Position numbers and translations under genes: made by a program
Notes under the pieces: generated by a model
Told to the model about the DNA's origin: nothing
What the model saw: only the letters and a program-made list of their open reading frames with translations
Database searches by the model: none
Shown: piece after piece, positions 51,208 to 60,496 of the stretch
Position numbering within the stretch: the first letter of the stretch is position 1
Layout of the letters: the number at the start of each line of letters is the position of its first letter
DNA from: an uncultured cyanobacterium
Lineage (GTDB): Bacteria > Cyanobacteriota > Cyanobacteriia > PCC-6307 > Cyanobiaceae
Assembly: GCA_963697335.1 (NCBI GenBank)
Contig: CAVONQ010000002.1
Location: 32,001 to 96,000 of the forward strand
Length of the DNA: 64,000 nt
Direction of reading: 5' to 3'

Positions 51208-52344
51208 ATGCCGGCCCCGCCGGCGGCGGCCCTCGCCTGGGGCTGCACCCGCCCCTTGCTTCTGCTGGCGGCCACGGCCACGGCCGCGGTGGAGGGGATC
51301 TCCGCCGCCGGCGCCACCCCCGCCTCCCGGCGCGCCACGGCGGCCGCCGATGCTGAGTTGCTGGTGCATGGACCGCTCGGGCCCCGTCCCCACGCCCTGC
51401 CGCCCCTGCCGGCGGGGGTGAGCCCTGCCCTGATCAGCCGGGTGGTGCTGGAGCGCCTGGGGCTGCTGGAGCGCCTGCAGGTGGTGGACCTGGGCTGCGC
51501 CGTGGCCCCCGCCGTGCCGCACCTGCGCCTGCCGGCCCTGGAGGGGGCGGGGCCAGCCCGCTGTGTCAGCAGTGGCAGGGCGCTGCCGGCCCAGCGGGTG
51601 CGGGCGTTGCTGGAGCGGGGCCACCGCTGGGGGGAGCGCAGTGCACCCGACTGCCCCCTGCTGCTGGCGGAGTGTGTGCCCGGTGGCACCACCACGGCCC
51701 TCGGCGTGCTGCGGGGGCTGGGGGTGGCTGCCGATGGGCTGGTGAGTGGCAGCCTGCTCCACAGCGACCATGCCCTCAAGGCACGGTTGGTGCGGCTGGG
51801 CCTGGCCCGGGCCGCCCTCGCGGATGCCGGTGCGCCAGGTGACGGGGCTGCTCCAGACGGGGCCGGTGGCGAAGTCGATCCCGTGGCGGTGCTGGCTGCG
51901 GTGGGGGATCCGATGCAGCCGTTGGCGGCGGGCCTGAGCCTCGCCCTGGCCCGCCGCGGCGGCACGGTGCTGCTGGCCGGCGGCAGCCAGATGGCGGCCG
52001 TGCTGGCCTTGGTGCTGGCCCTGGCCGGTCCGCGTGAGCGGCAGGCTCTGGCGGCCCGGATCACGCTGGCCACCACCGCCTGGGTGGCCGATGAGCCCGG
52101 CAGCAACCTGGCCCTGCTGCTGCGACGGGTGGGGGAGCGCTGGCAGGTGCTGCCCCAGCTGGCCAGGGCGAGGTTGCGCTTCTCGGCCTGCAGCAGCACT
52201 GCCCTGCGCGACTACGAGCGGGGCTACGTGAAGGAGGGCGTGGGCGCCGGTGGCCTGGCCGTGCTCTGGGAGCGCCTGGGCCATCGCCCGGAGGCCCTGG
52301 CCGAGGCCTGTGATCTGGCCTGCCGCCAGCTGCTCGGGGTCTGA
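51208..52344 (+). CDS. cobT: Nicotinate-nucleotide-dependent phosphoribosyltransferase CobT (cyanobacterial/archaeal type)
   Basis: GISAAGATP, GVSPALI, ECVPGGTTTA, GDPMQ, LAGGSQM, YERGYVKEGVGAGG. Confidence 0.9.
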   Translation: MPAPPAAALAWGCTRPLLLLAATATAAVEGISAAGATPASRRATAAADAELLVHGPLGPRPHALPPLPAGVSPALISRVVLERLGLLERLQVVDLGCAVAPAVPHLRLPALEGAGPARCVSSGRALPAQRVRALLERGHRWGERSAPDCPLLLAECVPGGTTTALGVLRGLGVAADGLVSGSLLHSDHALKARLVRLGLARAALADAGAPGDGAAPDGAGGEVDPVAVLAAVGDPMQPLAAGLSLALARRGGTVLLAGGSQMAAVLALVLALAGPRERQALAARITLATTAWVADEPGSNLALLLRRVGERWQVLPQLARARLRFSACSSTALRDYERGYVKEGVGAGGLAVLWERLGHRPEALAEACDLACRQLLGV

Positions 52345-52385
52345 CCGGCTGCAGGGGCAGGGGGGCCGGCTCCTACGGTCGGTCG

Positions 52386-53408
52386 ATGGCCTGCTCACCG
52401 GAGTCTCTCTCCCGCCGCCAGCTGTTGCGCCTTGGAGTGGGCGCGGCGGCGGCCCCCTGGCTGCTCGCCGGCTGCCGGGCTGAGCCCCAGGCCGCGGTGC
52501 TGGCGCTCACGGCCCAGGAGCTGCCGGCTGCCTGGCTCAGGGCCCTGCCGGCCGGCTGGAGGGCGCGCCAGCTCGACGGGCCGCCCGCCGTGCTGGAGCA
52601 GGGCGGCGGCGACCCCGGTGCGGCCCTGCTGGCCTTGAGTGATGGCTGGGCCGGCTCGGTGGCGCCCTCCACCTGGCAGCCCTTCGGGGCCCCTGAGCTG
52701 CTGGCCCGCCTGAATCCCCTGGCGGCGGCGGCCAGCAGGCTGTTCGCGCCCGAGGGGCAGCCGGCGCTGGCCTATCCGTGGTCGTTCACGCCCTGGGTGA
52801 TCCTGCTGCGCTCCCGTCCCGACCTGCAGGAACGGGCCGAGCAGGGCTGGTCGCTGCTGCTGGATCCGAGCCTGCGCGGGCGCCTGGTGCTGCCCTCCAG
52901 CCCGCGGGTTTGCATGGCCCTGGTGGGCTCCGATCCGGAGCAGCTGAGACGGCTCCGGCGCCAGGCCCTGGCCTACGACGAACGCGATGGCCTCAACCTG
53001 GTGCTCAGCGGCGAGGCCGAGGCCGCCGTGCTGCCGCTTCGCCGGCTGGTGCCGCTGCTGCGCCGCGACCTGCGCCTGGCCGTGCTGTGGCCCGCCACTG
53101 GGGCGCCGCTCAGCTGGCAGCTGCTGCTGAGGCCCACCGGCGTGGAGCAGCCTGTGCCCCTGGCCTGGCTGGCGGATTTGCTGGAGGGGCCGCTGCTGGC
53201 CTCCCTGCTGGCGGCCGGCTGGGTGCCGCCCCTGCCGCGGCAGCAGCTGGAGCCGCTGGTGAGCCGCTTCCCGGCGCCCATCGCCAGCTTGCTGCTGCCG
53301 CCGCCAGGCCTGCTGGAGCGCTGCTGGAGCCTGCCCCCCCTCGACACCGCCGCCCGCCTGGCCCTGCAGAGCCGCTGGGACGCCGCGGCGCCGCTGCCAG
53401 GGGCCTGA
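52386..53408 (+). CDS. Tat-signal lipoprotein, divergent PotD-like substrate-binding protein
   Basis: SRRQLL twin-arginine motif, LLAGC lipobox, LSDGW, YPWS, WSLLLDPSLRGRL. Confidence 0.7.
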   Translation: MACSPESLSRRQLLRLGVGAAAAPWLLAGCRAEPQAAVLALTAQELPAAWLRALPAGWRARQLDGPPAVLEQGGGDPGAALLALSDGWAGSVAPSTWQPFGAPELLARLNPLAAAASRLFAPEGQPALAYPWSFTPWVILLRSRPDLQERAEQGWSLLLDPSLRGRLVLPSSPRVCMALVGSDPEQLRRLRRQALAYDERDGLNLVLSGEAEAAVLPLRRLVPLLRRDLRLAVLWPATGAPLSWQLLLRPTGVEQPVPLAWLADLLEGPLLASLLAAGWVPPLPRQQLEPLVSRFPAPIASLLLPPPGLLERCWSLPPLDTAARLALQSRWDAAAPLPGA

Positions 53409-53443
53409 AAGCCCAGCTCCTGAACTCCTGGCTGCCTGCCCAC

Positions 53444-54616
53444 TCAACCCCAGAGCCGCCGCCGCGGCGCGGCCGCCAGGCGGCGGTGGGTGTCGGCCAG
53501 CAGCTCGGGGATCGCCAGCCCGTGGGGGCAGCGGGGCAGGCAGGCGCCGCACTGCCGGCAGGCCTCGGCATTGAGGCTCTCCCACCAGTGGCCCGCCCGG
53601 CCGATCAGGTTGTAGCGCTCCCGGGCAAAGCTCTCCATGCCATGGCCCACGGCCAGGTTGCGCAGCCGCAGCAGCTCGGGAATCGGCACGGCGCTGGGGC
53701 AGGGCAGGCAGGCTCGGCACTGGCCGCAGCGCCCGGGGCCTAGCCGCGCCGCCGCCCCCTCGCTCAGCCGGGCCAGGGCGGCCCTGACCTCATGGCTGAG
53801 ACCCTCGGGGCTGGCCTGGCCGAGCTGGCCGCCGCCCCCCAGCTCACCCGCCTGCCAGCGCTCGGCCCAGACCAGATCCCCGGGCTGGGCCGCCCCCAGG
53901 CTGAGGGTGGAGATCCCCTGCTCCAGCAGAAAGCGGTAGGCCAGCTCCAAGGGCTCGAAGGGGGCGCAGTCGGCCAGCAACTCGGGTGAGGGGGCGTAGA
54001 GCTGGCCGCCCTTGTCGGCGGGGGAGATGGCCAGCACCCCCAGCCCCGCGGCCAGGGCGGCCTGGGCCAGGGGCAGGCGGCTCTGGTCGAACAGGTGCAC
54101 GTGCAGGGAGCAGAAGCTGAACCGACCGCTGGCCAGGGCCTGCTCGATCACGGCCTGGCTGCCGTGGCTGCTGAAGCCCACCTGGCCCACCAGGCCCTGT
54201 TCCAGGGCCCAGGCCAGCAGCTCGGCGCCAGCCCCCTGGCAGGCCCAGGCCAGGTGCTCGGGCGTGTTCAGCCCGTGCACGGCGAGGCCGTGGAGCCGCG
54301 GCACCCCCAGGCGCTCGAGGATGCCTCGCAGTTGCTGCTGGCCCCTGGCCAGATCGCCTTGGGGCAGCAGCTTGCTGGTGATCAGCCAGCCGCCCGCTGG
54401 TGCCAGCCCCTCCCTCGCCAGGCCGGCGATCGCCTGCCCCAGGAAGCGTTCGGCCGGCCCGTAGGCGGGGGCGGTTTCCAGATGGTTGATGCCGGCGGCC
54501 AGGGCCGCGCCCAGCACCGCTGCCATCTGGGCGGGACTGTCCAGGGCGCGCATCGTGCCCAGGGTGAAGGCCGACACCGCCGGCCCCCGCCCGAAGGGCC
54601 GCCTAGCCGGGCTCAC
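53444..54616 (-). CDS. Aldo/keto reductase with C-terminal 4Fe-4S dicluster
   Basis: FTLGTMR, HLETAPAYG, VGFSSHG, CGQCRACLPCP, CRQCGACLPRCP. Confidence 0.9.
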   Translation of the reverse strand: MSPARRPFGRGPAVSAFTLGTMRALDSPAQMAAVLGAALAAGINHLETAPAYGPAERFLGQAIAGLAREGLAPAGGWLITSKLLPQGDLARGQQQLRGILERLGVPRLHGLAVHGLNTPEHLAWACQGAGAELLAWALEQGLVGQVGFSSHGSQAVIEQALASGRFSFCSLHVHLFDQSRLPLAQAALAAGLGVLAISPADKGGQLYAPSPELLADCAPFEPLELAYRFLLEQGISTLSLGAAQPGDLVWAERWQAGELGGGGQLGQASPEGLSHEVRAALARLSEGAAARLGPGRCGQCRACLPCPSAVPIPELLRLRNLAVGHGMESFARERYNLIGRAGHWWESLNAEACRQCGACLPRCPHGLAIPELLADTHRRLAAAPRRRLWG

Positions 54617-55181
54617 GGGGCTGGTCCGGCGTGTCCGGTTCGCCGGGATCGCTGGGGCTGGGGTCGTTCTCGGGCTGGGCCCGGCCCCGCTGCCGCACCA
54701 GCTCGGCGGGACTCACCGAGTCGAGAAAGCGGCGGAAATGGGCCTGGTCGGCGGCGTCGGCCTCGGCATCCACCGGAATCGAGGCATCCGCCACCACCTC
54801 CTCCAGCATCCAGATCGGAGTGCCGGTGCGCACCGCCAGGGCGATGGCATCGCTGGGCCGCGCATCGACTTCGCTCAGGCCTTCGGGGCCCGTGCTGTCG
54901 TGGCTGCGCAGCTTCAGCACGGCGCGGAAGGTGCTCTCCTCGATGGCGTGGATGATCACCCGCTCCAGGCTGAGCCCTCCGGCCTCCAGCAGGGCCACCA
55001 TCAGGTCATGGCTCAGGGGCCGCGGGGGGCGGTCGTGGCCGAGCCCCACCAGGATGTTCTGGGCCTGGGCCTGGTCGATCCAGATCGGCACCTGGCGCCG
55101 GCCGGCGGGATCCCGCAGCAGCACGATCGGGCTGCGGCTGGCCGCATCCAGGGCGATGCCGGCGACGCGCATTTCGACCAT
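54603..55181 (-). CDS. Bifunctional nuclease (DUF151) family protein
   Basis: MVEMRVAGIALD, VPIWI, PRPLSHDL, DARPSDAIALA. Confidence 0.92.
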   Translation of the reverse strand: MVEMRVAGIALDAASRSPIVLLRDPAGRRQVPIWIDQAQAQNILVGLGHDRPPRPLSHDLMVALLEAGGLSLERVIIHAIEESTFRAVLKLRSHDSTGPEGLSEVDARPSDAIALAVRTGTPIWMLEEVVADASIPVDAEADAADQAHFRRFLDSVSPAELVRQRGRAQPENDPSPSDPGEPDTPDQPREPG

Positions 55182-55251
55182 GGCCGGCTGTGCCGCTAGG
55201 CAGCGATGAACCCGTGACTGATTATGGCCAGGAGGACTGGAGCCCACGCCG

Positions 55252-55905
55252 ATGTTCACCGGACTGGTGCAGGCCACGGGCACGATCGAACGGGCCCACG
55301 GCGGCGTGCGGCTGCGCTGGGCCGCCTGCGAGGGCGGCTGGTCGGCCCACGATCTGGCCCTGGGCGAGAGCGTGGCCGTGGATGGGGTGTGCCTCACGGT
55401 GGCGGAGCGGTTCAGCGATGGCTTTCGCGCCGATGTGAGTGACGAAACCCTGCGGCGCAGCACCCTCGCGGCCCGGGCCGAACGGCGGGCAGCCGTGAAT
55501 CTGGAGCCGGCACTGCGCCTGGCCGACCGCCTCGGCGGCCACCTGGTGAGCGGCCATGTGGATGGGCTGGGCACCGTGCTGGCGGTGGGGGCCGAGGGGG
55601 AGTCGTGGCGGCTGGATCTGGCCTGGCAGGATCCGTCCTACGGCCGTTACGTGTGTGACAAGGCCAGCGTGTGCGTGAACGGCATCAGCCTCACCGTGGC
55701 CGGCTGCAGTCCCGACGGCGCCAGCTTCTGGATCGCCGTGATCCCCCACACCTGGAAGGGCACCACCCTGCAGGGCCTGCGCCAGGGGGATGGGGTGAAC
55801 CTGGAGGCCGACCTGCTGGCCAAGTACACCGAGCGGCTGCTCGGCGGCGGCAGCCAGCCGGACCTCGATCGCGCCTGGCTGGCCGAGCACGGCTGGCAGG
55901 CCTAG
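55252..55905 (+). CDS. ribE: Riboflavin synthase (alpha chain)
   Basis: MFTGLV, SVAVDGVCLTV, VNLEPAL, GGHLVSGHVDG, NGISLTV, VNLEADLLAKY. Confidence 0.96.
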   Translation: MFTGLVQATGTIERAHGGVRLRWAACEGGWSAHDLALGESVAVDGVCLTVAERFSDGFRADVSDETLRRSTLAARAERRAAVNLEPALRLADRLGGHLVSGHVDGLGTVLAVGAEGESWRLDLAWQDPSYGRYVCDKASVCVNGISLTVAGCSPDGASFWIAVIPHTWKGTTLQGLRQGDGVNLEADLLAKYTERLLGGGSQPDLDRAWLAEHGWQA

Positions 55906-55932
55906 GGTCCAGCCTCTGCGGGACGCTTCACC

Positions 55933-56544
55933 ATGGCCCAGCTCAGCACTGCCCGTGATGCGGCGGCCCTGAGAACCTTCACCCTCGGCGAGGGGGTGCT
56001 GATGCTGGTACTCGGCTTGCTGGCCATGATTTTTCCCCTCGCGGCCTCCCTCTGGGTGACGGTGATGGTGGCGCTGATCTTTCTGGTGGCAGGCCTGCTG
56101 GGCTGGATCAACAACCTGATGCGGGCCCGGTTGCTGGGCCGCTGGCTGGCCTTCTGGCGGCTGGTGGTGTCCACCCTGCTGGTGGCTGCGGGCCTGTCGA
56201 TGCTGTTGCAACTCGGTTCGGGCCCGGGCCAGGCCACCACCCCGATCGCCACCCTGGCCCTGGCCATCGGGGTGGTGTTCGTGGTGGAGGGGTTGGTGGC
56301 CCTGGGGGTGTCCCTGGCCCACCGGCGCATCCGGGGCTGGGGCTGGGGTTTACTCAACGGGCTGATCACCCTGGCCCTGGGCGTGACGATCCTGCTGCTG
56401 CCGGGCCCTGTGCTGTTGCAGGTGCTGGGGCTGCTGGTGGGCATCAGCTTCGTGTTCAGCGGCCTTGACCTGCTCAGCTTCAGCGCCAGCTTCCACGGCC
56501 CCGATCAGGGGAGCGCCGCCCAGCACGGACCCCCCGGCAGCTGA
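55933..56544 (+). CDS. HdeD / DUF308 family membrane protein
   Basis: Six TM helices with EGVLMLVLGLLAMIFP, GWGWGLLNGLITLALG, LGLLVGISFVFSG. Confidence 0.8.
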   Translation: MAQLSTARDAAALRTFTLGEGVLMLVLGLLAMIFPLAASLWVTVMVALIFLVAGLLGWINNLMRARLLGRWLAFWRLVVSTLLVAAGLSMLLQLGSGPGQATTPIATLALAIGVVFVVEGLVALGVSLAHRRIRGWGWGLLNGLITLALGVTILLLPGPVLLQVLGLLVGISFVFSGLDLLSFSASFHGPDQGSAAQHGPPGS

Positions 56545-56597
56545 GGTCATGGGTCGGGGGATCCGAGCTGGGCGGATCCTTCCCAGGCAGACGCTGC

Positions 56598-56999
56598 TCA
56601 GGCGGAATCTTCGCTGGCTTCGGCCATGGGTAGATCGCCGTCATCAAGCGGCAATAGCCGGATGGAGCGGCTGTCCTGGTGTAGCTCGATCCGGAATTCC
56701 TGGCCGGGCTGCAGCCCCAGCCGGCGGGTGTAGGCGTTGCCGATCAGCAGATTGCCGTTGCCGTGCACACGGGTGCGGAACTCCGCCTGCCGCCCCTTGC
56801 CCGGGCCAGGCGCGGCGTCGCTGCGGCCGGTGCTGCCCTCGGGACCGGGGTAGCGCTTGGCGGCCACCAGGGCCTTATGGAAACTCTTTTTGAGCACGCG
56901 GCCACTGGGGCCCACGTACCCACAGGCACGGGCGATCAGGTCTTCAGGCTGGTCGCTGAGGGCCCGGGCCCTGTCGAGCAGGGCCTTGCCTTCAAGCAT
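56598..56999 (-). CDS. Cyanobacterial AbrB-like transcriptional regulator
   Basis: MLEGKALL, ARACGYV, GRQAEFRTRVHGNGNLLIGNAYT, PGQEFRIEL. Confidence 0.9.
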   Translation of the reverse strand: MLEGKALLDRARALSDQPEDLIARACGYVGPSGRVLKKSFHKALVAAKRYPGPEGSTGRSDAAPGPGKGRQAEFRTRVHGNGNLLIGNAYTRRLGLQPGQEFRIELHQDSRSIRLLPLDDGDLPMAEASEDSA

Positions 57000-57118
57000 C
57001 CCGCCCGGACCACCGCCACTGCTGGGACTCATGGCTGGAGATCCTGGCAACAGGTCAATATCTGGGATTGTGCCCAGTCCGCAGGCCGATCGGCAACAAA
57101 CATTGGCGGCGTCGGGGC

Positions 57119-57748
57119 TCAGAGCACGTACAGGATCCCGTAGAGCACCAGCCAGATGCCGTCCACGAAGTGCCAGTAGAGCTCTGCGGCTTCCAGGCCG
57201 AAATGCTTCTCCGCGCTGATGCGACCACCGCTGTGGGTCTGCAGGGCCACGATCAGGATGCAGATCACGCCGAGGGTCACGTGCAGGCCGTGGAAGCCGG
57301 TGAGGGCATAGAAGGTGCTGGCGAAGAGGTTGTCGGTGAGGCCGAAGGGCAGGGTGAAGTATTCCACCATCTGGCCGGCCAGAAAGGTGGCCCCCAGGCC
57401 GGCGGACACCAGCAACCAGCTGCGACAGGCGGCCAGGCGATTGGCGCGGATCTCGCGGCCGGCGCGGTGGAAGGTGAAGCTGCTCAGCACCAGCAGCACG
57501 GTGTTGATGGTGGGCAGCAGCAGCTCGAGTTCGTAGATGCTGCCCTCGGGCAGCGGATTCACCGCTTTGAAGGTGAGGTAGGCGGCGAAGAAGCCCGCAA
57601 AGGTCATGCCATCGGCCACCAGGAAGGTGGTGAGGCCGAACATGCGAACATCGGCGTGCAGGTCGGCCTCGGGGCTGGCCTCAACGGCCATCGCAGCCGC
57701 TTCAGAGCTGCTCAGGAGCGTGCTGTCAGAGGAGTTGGTGGTGGTCAT
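57119..57748 (-). CDS. ctaE: Cytochrome c oxidase subunit III
   Basis: FYALTGFHGLHV, ELYWHFVDGIW. Confidence 0.96.
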   Translation of the reverse strand: MTTTNSSDSTLLSSSEAAAMAVEASPEADLHADVRMFGLTTFLVADGMTFAGFFAAYLTFKAVNPLPEGSIYELELLLPTINTVLLVLSSFTFHRAGREIRANRLAACRSWLLVSAGLGATFLAGQMVEYFTLPFGLTDNLFASTFYALTGFHGLHVTLGVICILIVALQTHSGGRISAEKHFGLEAAELYWHFVDGIWLVLYGILYVL

Positions 57749-59370
57749 GACTGGGCCTCAGGACGGGTGCCGTAGCCGTAGGGCTCGGTGACGAGGGGGG
57801 CCTCCCCCTTCCAGTTCTCCACCGGCGGGGGCGAGGAGGTGAGCCATTCGGGCGTCAGGGCATTCCAGGGGTTGTCACCCGCCGGTTCACCACTCCTGGC
57901 CGTGATCACCACGTTGATCAGCAGCGGCAGGATGCTGATCGCCATGATCAGGGCCCCGACGCTGCTCACCTGGTTGAGGGTGGTGAAGGCCGGGTCGTAC
58001 TCCGCCACGCGCCTGGGCATGCCATTGAGGCCCAGCCAGTGCTGGGGCAGGAAGCAGAGCTGGAAGCCGATCAGGGTGAGCACGAAGTGCAGCCGACCCA
58101 GATCTTCGTTGAGCAGACGGCCCGTGAATTTGGGATACCAGTGGTAGAGCGAGGCGAAGATCACAAACACCGTGCCTCCGTAGACGATGTAGTGAAAATG
58201 GCCCACCACAAAATAGGTGTCATGAACGTGGATGTCGAAGGGCACCTGGGCCAGGCTGATGCCAGTGATGCCGCCGAACACGAAGTTGAGGATGAAACCG
58301 CAGGAAAACAGCATCGCCGAGTTGAGGGCGATCTTGCCTCCCCAGAGGGTGGCGATCCAGTTGAAAAACTTGATGCCGGTGGGCACCGCAATGAACGAGG
58401 TGGCAATCGTGAAAAATAGGCGCATCCAGGGGGGAGTGCCGCTGGTGAACATGTGGTGGGCCCAGACGATCAGTCCAAGCACCACGATGCCCATGATGGA
58501 ATACACCATGGTGGTGTAGCCGAACAGGGGCTTGCGGGCGTGCACCGGCAGGATTTCGCTCACCAGGCCGAAGGCTGGCAACACCATGATGTACACAGCC
58601 GGATGAGAGTAAAACCAGAACAGGTGCTGGTAGACCACCACATTGCCGCCCAAGGCCGGGTTGAAGAAGCCGGTGTGGGCCACGATGTCGAAACTGAGCA
58701 GGATTAATACGCCTGCCAGCACAGGAGTTGAGAGCACCACCAGCAAGCTGGTGCCCAGCATCGCCCAGCAGTACATCGGCAGCTGCATCATCTTCAGGCC
58801 AGGACGTCGCAGCTTCAGCACCGTGGCAATGAAATTGATGGCGCCGAAGATGGAGCTGCCCCCCAGCAACAGCACACTCAGAATCCATACCACCTGGCCA
58901 GCGGCCGGGGTGGTGAGGCTGAGGGGTGGGTAGGCCGTCCAGCCGGACTGGGCGGCGGCACCCGCCAGGAAATAGCTGCTGATCAGCAGGATCCCAGCCG
59001 GCGGAATCATCCAGAAGGCCACGGCGTTGAGCCTGGGAAAGGCCATGTCCCTGGCGCCGACGTAGAAGGGGATCAAATAGTTGCCGAAGCCGCCATTGAC
59101 CACGGGCACGATCCACAGAAAGATCATCACGGTGCCGTGCAGCGTGAGCACCTCGTTGTAAGTGTCACGGCTCACAAAGTCGGACATCGGACTCACCAGC
59201 TCGGTGCGGATCACACCGGCCAGCGCCCCACCCACCAGATAGAAGGCAAAGCCGCACACCAGATACTGAAGGCCGATCACCTTGTGGTCGAGGCTGAAGC
59301 TGAGATAGCGGGCCCACCCGGTGGGCTGCAGGCTCTCCTGGGGCAGTGGGCCTGGACTGGCGATCGTCAT
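57745..59370 (-). CDS. ctaD: Cytochrome c oxidase subunit I (A2-type)
   Basis: DHKVIG, LHGTVM, DMAFPRLN, WFYSHPAVY, VWAHHM, HDTYFVVGHFHY, GMPRR. Confidence 0.98.
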   Translation of the reverse strand: MTIASPGPLPQESLQPTGWARYLSFSLDHKVIGLQYLVCGFAFYLVGGALAGVIRTELVSPMSDFVSRDTYNEVLTLHGTVMIFLWIVPVVNGGFGNYLIPFYVGARDMAFPRLNAVAFWMIPPAGILLISSYFLAGAAAQSGWTAYPPLSLTTPAAGQVVWILSVLLLGGSSIFGAINFIATVLKLRRPGLKMMQLPMYCWAMLGTSLLVVLSTPVLAGVLILLSFDIVAHTGFFNPALGGNVVVYQHLFWFYSHPAVYIMVLPAFGLVSEILPVHARKPLFGYTTMVYSIMGIVVLGLIVWAHHMFTSGTPPWMRLFFTIATSFIAVPTGIKFFNWIATLWGGKIALNSAMLFSCGFILNFVFGGITGISLAQVPFDIHVHDTYFVVGHFHYIVYGGTVFVIFASLYHWYPKFTGRLLNEDLGRLHFVLTLIGFQLCFLPQHWLGLNGMPRRVAEYDPAFTTLNQVSSVGALIMAISILPLLINVVITARSGEPAGDNPWNALTPEWLTSSPPPVENWKGEAPLVTEPYGYGTRPEAQS

Positions 59371-59420
59371 CGGCTGGAACGGTGCGGGGAAAGGGTGAGG
59401 GTCACGATCAACAGGCCGGA

Positions 59421-60290
59421 TCAGGTGCTTGTGGTGGGGGTGTTCTGCTCCAGCCAGGCGTCGAAGCTCTCCCGTTCATGCACCACCACGTTGGAGCGCA
59501 TGCCGCCGTGGTAGGCACCACAGAGCTCGGCGCAGACGATTGGGTAGGTGCCGGCGCGCGTGGGGGTGAAGGAGAGCTGGGTGGTCTGGCCCGGAATCAC
59601 ATCCTGCTTGAGACGGAACTGGGGCACCCAGAACGCGTGGATCACATCCCGGGCCTCCATGCGCAACTCCACGGGCTGGCCCAGAGGCACATGCAGCTCC
59701 CCGCTGGTGATGTCGCCCTGGGGGTAATGGAAGATGAACGCAAACTGCATGGCCGTCACCTCCACCGGCAGGGTCGGGGGAACCACCCCGCTTGAGTCGG
59801 GCCTGGCGGCGGCGCCGATGCCCCCCCAGATGCGCTCCGGGTCTGGGCCGGAGCTGTCGCTGACCAGGGCGGCCCGGTCCATGCCGCCGTGGTCCATGGC
59901 GCTGTGGTCCATGGCGGCATGGTCCATGAGAGGGGCCATGCCGCCCATGCGTTCGTAGATGTCGTAGCTGTAGATACCAACGAAAAGAATGACCACCGCC
60001 GGTATGGCGGTCCAGACGATTTCCAGAGGCAGGTTGCCTTCAATGGCCACCCCATCACTGGTGTCGCCAGCGGTGCGACGGAATCGCGCCAGGCTGTACA
60101 CCAGCACGATGGTGATGCCCAGGAACAGCATGGTGCCAATGCTGAACAAAACCTTAAAAAGGGAGTCGTAGGTGGCGGCGTTGCTGCTCGCATCGAGCGG
60201 CAGCATGTTCACCCGATTGCCCACCAGAAGCCCAGTTCCCACAAGGCCAGTGGTGGCCAGGGCGGTGGTGAGGGCTGTGCGGATCTGCAC
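59421..60290 (-). CDS. ctaC: Cytochrome c oxidase subunit II
   Basis: LEIVWTAIP, DVIHAFWVP, CuA motif CAELCGAYHGGM; GTG start. Confidence 0.97.
   Translation of the reverse strand: MQIRTALTTALATTGLVGTGLLVGNRVNMLPLDASSNAATYDSLFKVLFSIGTMLFLGITIVLVYSLARFRRTAGDTSDGVAIEGNLPLEIVWTAIPAVVILFVGIYSYDIYERMGGMAPLMDHAAMDHSAMDHGGMDRAALVSDSSGPDPERIWGGIGAAARPDSSGVVPPTLPVEVTAMQFAFIFHYPQGDITSGELHVPLGQPVELRMEARDVIHAFWVPQFRLKQDVIPGQTTQLSFTPTRAGTYPIVCAELCGAYHGGMRSNVVVHERESFDAWLEQNTPTTST
59868..59927 (-). repeat. 15-bp tandem repeat (x4) encoding MDHAA-MDHSA-MDHGG-MDRAA within ctaC
   Basis: ggtccatg recurs at 15-nt spacing on the + strand. Confidence 0.85.
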
Positions 60291-60496
60291 GGCATTGGAA
60301 GTACTGAGGCTCAGCCTATGGGCAGGGCCGTGCCGATGCGAGCCATCGCGCCTGCATGGTTGTGATCAGCCCATCTCAGATGGGTGTTGGTGTTGCTGCC
60401 AGCTGGCCATGTTGTGAATTGACGATGTGAGCGAATCCTCATCCCTGGCTCCCCGCACCATCGCTACCGTGCAACGACTCTGGGGCGCTTGCTCCG

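Noticed and set aside
60355..60445. Three TGTGA half-sites in the ctaC/ctaA divergent promoter (possible CRP-family site)
   Set aside because: None has a matching TCACA at the N6 spacing; too weak to call.
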